This document shows positions 59,881-64,000 of a stretch of 64,000 nt of DNA, piece after piece. The notes under the pieces are model-generated. The model had not been told where the DNA came from and did not search any database. It saw nothing but the letters and a program-made list of their open reading frames with translations. The stretch lies in assembly GCF_009914755.1 (NCBI RefSeq), contig NC_060927.1; one strand, written 5' to 3'. How positions within the stretch are numbered: position 1 is the first letter of the stretch; the number at the start of each line of letters is the position of its first letter. The DNA is from the human T2T-CHM13v2.0 reference genome, Homo sapiens. Position numbers and translations under genes: made by a program.

Positions 59881-61599
59881 AGTGTGATAATATATTATAT
59901 GACATGTAAAATGTATATTTTGGTTGAATATATATTACAATATATGTTAATACATTACTGTATATGTATATGATATTTTATTTTGGTCAAATATATATTA
60001 TACTCATATTACTATTAATATAATAGTAATATAATTAATAGTTACATAATGCATACTCAATTAATTATATATCAATATAATTAATAATTAATGTAATATA
60101 TATTCATCCAAAATAGCATACATTGTATTAATATTAAGCAGCAAATTGTATACAATTTTATTAATGTTAAATATCAATTTATATCAACAGTTTGAATATA
60201 TTAATATTATCTTATTGTTATATATTATTGCATATAATATATATAAGCCCCAAATATTATATATTATATATTCATATATGTATTATTTATTCAACCAAAA
60301 ATATGTTATATATTTTATGGATGAATGGGTTTATTTATTTGCTCTGAATTGCTTAAAGGTACACTTTGAACTCACAAATCTATCTATTTCTCATAAAAAA
60401 AGTGGAATTAAGGTTAATCATCAAAAGAAATTTTAGTCTTATTAATATTCTAATGTTTTATAATGAGGATATTCATGTACTACTTGTATAATTAAAATCA
60501 ATTTCAAGTATAAAGAATATGAGTGAAGAAGAGGATAAAATTACTAGTTGCCCTATGGCATGTATATCTCATACTCCCTGTCTTGATACACGTTAACATA
60601 GCATTCTTATAAGAATTAAATATCATAGACTACATAATAAAGCATTACAAAATGTAAAGCATAAAATAAATTTTAGACATTATTAAGGGTTTTTTTTACT
60701 TCAGACAAGACAGTTTTCAATATTGTCAGAGTATAATAAAATTATTGCCAACAGGAATATTAATGACCTCTAAGCTACTAGAAAATGCCTGGAGCTAAGA
60801 AAAAAACTATTTTCAATCACTTTTCCTTTCAGAGCTGGGTCAATGGGGATTTTGTGATGGAACAGACCTGTGAATAAACAGTTTGTGCATAGACTGGAAA
60901 TAGGAATGTGAGTTTGTGTGGGAAATAAGTAAGATTGATATAAATTGTTGTTCCATTATTAGAAAAAGTTTTTAAATAGGAATTTTCTGGAGGAGGACAA
61001 AAAGGAAATCAAAGGGAAGTGAAAATTTGATGGAAGATATGGCTTGCTAAATTAAGGGGGGAATTGGGTTTGGGTATGTTTTTAGTAGTGAGTCAAGTTG
61101 AAAGTCATGAGAATTGTAGACTTCAGATCTAGAAAGGACAATCCTTGTAATCCGGCCAAACCCACATATTCTACAGCTGGAGATTATTTATCTAAAGATA
61201 GACATGTTATATGGCTGTATCAAAATTACAGTATATAAAGCAGAAGTGGTATAAGAAACCATAATTTTTATATTCCATTCCAATGAGCAATCTCCCCATA
61301 CTTCAGAGAAAGCCCCCACTGGTAGATACTTTTCTATTTATTTTGATCACCTATAATATTTTTTTAAAATAATACACCCAAATACTACATGCCATAGAAC
61401 CTGACTTTCTAGAAGATGTGAAGGTACTGGAGTAACTTTTCCACATTCTACCCAAATCTAATTTTTTTTTCTTAAGTTCTACAACTCAGTGAAAGATACA
61501 AGGAATATACCAGTAACATCTGTCAAACTCACCCACCTGCAAGCAATAATAGTCTAGTACATTTTTCGTCAGATTCACCTGTATCTCCTCCTCTTTACT

Positions 61600-62400
61600 C
61601 TCTCTCTTCATTTGCAAAATACAGGTAAAAGTGGACAAATCACAAATATATAATAATGAATTTTTGTATCATGAGCTCATAGATCAAAAAATTGAATCTT
61701 AGCACCACAGAGTTCCCTTTAGCCCTTCCATCACAGTTTTCCCCACCCAATGGTTAGAGCTATTATAATTTGTAACACCAAAAGTAGTATTTTTGCCTGC
61801 TTTTAAACTTTCTGTGAGTGGAATTATACAGTATATACCTTTTTATGTGAATGGCTTGGCATTAGACTTGTGAGATCCATCTTCACAGTCATAGTTGCTC
61901 ATTCTCATTGCTATGTAGTGTTTCTTTCCATGGATATATGCTAATTTATTTACCCTTTCTATTCTTAGTGAACATTTCAGTTGATTTCAGTTTGGAGCTA
62001 TTCCAAATAATCATGTGAATACTCTTACATATTTTTTAAATGAACAGATGCATGCCTTCCTATTGGGTGTATGCCTAAAAGCGGAATTGCTGGGACATGG
62101 AGTCTGCATATGTTAATCCTTAATACTCAACAAAAAGTTCTACAAAGTGGTTGTGGTGAGAATTCCAATTAATTTCTATGAAAAAGACATAAATATCATT
62201 TGTATTTTTAAATTTATCCATTCTAGAATGTATGGTTGAATATCATTGTGGTTTTAATTTGTATTTCTCTGATGAATAATAATGTTGAAACTTTTATTCA
62301 TGTATATAACCTATGTAAATATTTTCTGAAGTATTTTTATTGAATTATCTATATTTTCTCACTTATTTTTAGGTTATATATTATACATGAATCTATTTTT
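61600..62400 (-). mobile_element. old L1M 3' fragment
   Basis: gtggaattatacagtatat...ttgtgagatccatc...gcggaattgctggg...cattgtggttttaatttgtatttctctgatg. Confidence 0.7.
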
Positions 62401-62540
62401 GAAAAGTATATGTGTGTATATGTAAAATTAATATATAATTCCCATAAAGTGGGAATTTTGTATATAGCTATATATAATTATATTTAAATTTATAAATACT
62501 TAAATTTTATATATATGAATTTTAAAAAAATATACTGAAT

Positions 62541-63515
62541 TTGTCTAAATATATGTACATATATTTACTATATAATATATTGTCTATATTATATATATAT
62601 TATATTATATATTATATATAAATGTACATTTATGTATATGTATGTATGTACATATATATTATATAACATATTGTCTATATTATATATTATATAACATATT
62701 GTCTATATTATGTATTGTATAACATATTGTCTATATTATGTATTGTATAACATATTGTCTATATTATGTATTGTATAACATTGTCTATATTATGTATTGT
62801 ATAACATATTGTCTATATTATGTATTGTATAACATATTGTCTATATTATGTATTGTATAACATATTGTCTATATTATGTATTGTATAACATATTGTCTAT
62901 ATTATGTATTGTATAACATATTGTCTATATTATGTATTGTATAACATATTGTCTATATTATGTATTGTATAACATATTGTCTATATTATGTATTGTATAA
63001 CATATTGTCTATATTATGTATTGTATAACATATTGTCTATATTATGTATTGTATAACATATTGTAATATATTATATAACATATAATATATTGTATATATT
63101 ATGATATATAATATAACATATAATATATTATATATTATAATATATAATATAACATATAATATATTATATATTATAATATATAATATAACATATAACATAT
63201 AATATATTATAATATAACATATAACATATAATATATTATAATATATAATATAACATAATATATTATATGTTATATAATATAACATATAATATATTATATG
63301 TTATATAATATAACATATAATATATTATATGTTATATAATATAACATATAATATATTATATGTTATATAATATAACATATAATATATTATATGTTATATA
63401 ATATAACATATAATATATTATATATTATATTGTCTATATTATATATATTATATATAATATAATATATATTTATAATATATTGTCTAAATATATGTACATT
63501 GTCTAAATACATAAA
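62541..63515. repeat. AT-rich compound VNTR (28-bp and 31-bp units)
   Basis: About 13 copies of tattgtctatattatgtattgtataaca (62697-63058), then 5 copies of a 31-bp unit (G at 63269, 63300, 63331, 63362, 63393). Confidence 0.93.
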
Positions 63516-63614
63516 AATATATATACTCAGTGTAAGTTGTATATACTAAAATTATACTTAATATATATCTTATTTATTCATACATACTTATAAATACTAA
63601 AGTATCTAGGAAAA

Positions 63615-64000
63615 CCTGAGTTCAAGATGGCGAAAAGGAAGCCTCCAGCTGTTGTTCACCCTGCAGAAACACCAAATTGCACAACTATCCTCATGCCAAA
63701 AAGCATGTTCGTGAGAACTAAAAACCAGGTGAGTGATCACGTACCTGGTTTTAACTTCATATTAAGGAAAGAGGTAATGAAAAGGGCAGGAAAGACAGTC
63801 TTGAATCACCTACTTTACCCCGTCCCCATTTCCTGGCAGAAAACATGTGATGCAAAGAGAATCTATGGTATTGGGGGAGAAAGAATACAGTGACTGTGGG
63901 ACTTTGCACTGGAACTCAGTGCTGCCCTGTCACAGAAGAAAGAAACACAGGGCAGAACTCAGTCAGCATCCACAGAGGGAGCATTTAGACCAGCCCTAGC
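63615..64000 (+). mobile_element. 5' UTR of an L1M1/L1MA-type LINE-1, running off the window end
   Basis: caagatggcg (YY1 site, 63623-63632)...aacaccaaattg...gtacctggttttaacttcatat...ggaactcagtgctgccctgtcacag. Confidence 0.8.

Noticed and set aside
62697-63420. CRISPR-like array of 28-31 bp repeats
   Set aside because: The units are contiguous with no unique spacers, there are no cas genes, and the context is primate.

Overview
This is AT-rich, gene-poor primate (human-like) nuclear DNA, judged from its AluS/AluY, L1PA2, THE1A/B, MLT, L2, MIR and MER5 repeats. I find no supportable functional protein-coding gene. Nearly all ORFs in the track come from repeats, microsatellites or the NUMT. 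The main feature is a ~3.27 kb nuclear mitochondrial insertion (NUMT, ~11191-14459, minus strand). It keeps mitochondrial gene order: 5'-truncated COX1, tRNA-Ser(UCN), tRNA-Asp, COX2, tRNA-Lys, ATP8, ATP6 and the 5' part of COX3. Its residues look ancestral rather than modern human, and it sits inside a decayed ERVL provirus next to an MLT1 LTR. The window also holds a twin-primed (5'-inverted) L1PA2 with a 17-bp TSD, a full THE1A provirus carrying a nested Alu, and two convergent ERVL remnants. Several tandem arrays are prone to non-B DNA: a purine-pyrimidine array, a 600-bp polypyrimidine tract and a palindromic AT-rich VNTR. I see no evidence for a new biological system; the findings are molecular fossils and structural oddities. 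Repeat family names come from my recognition of consensus sequences, not from a database search.
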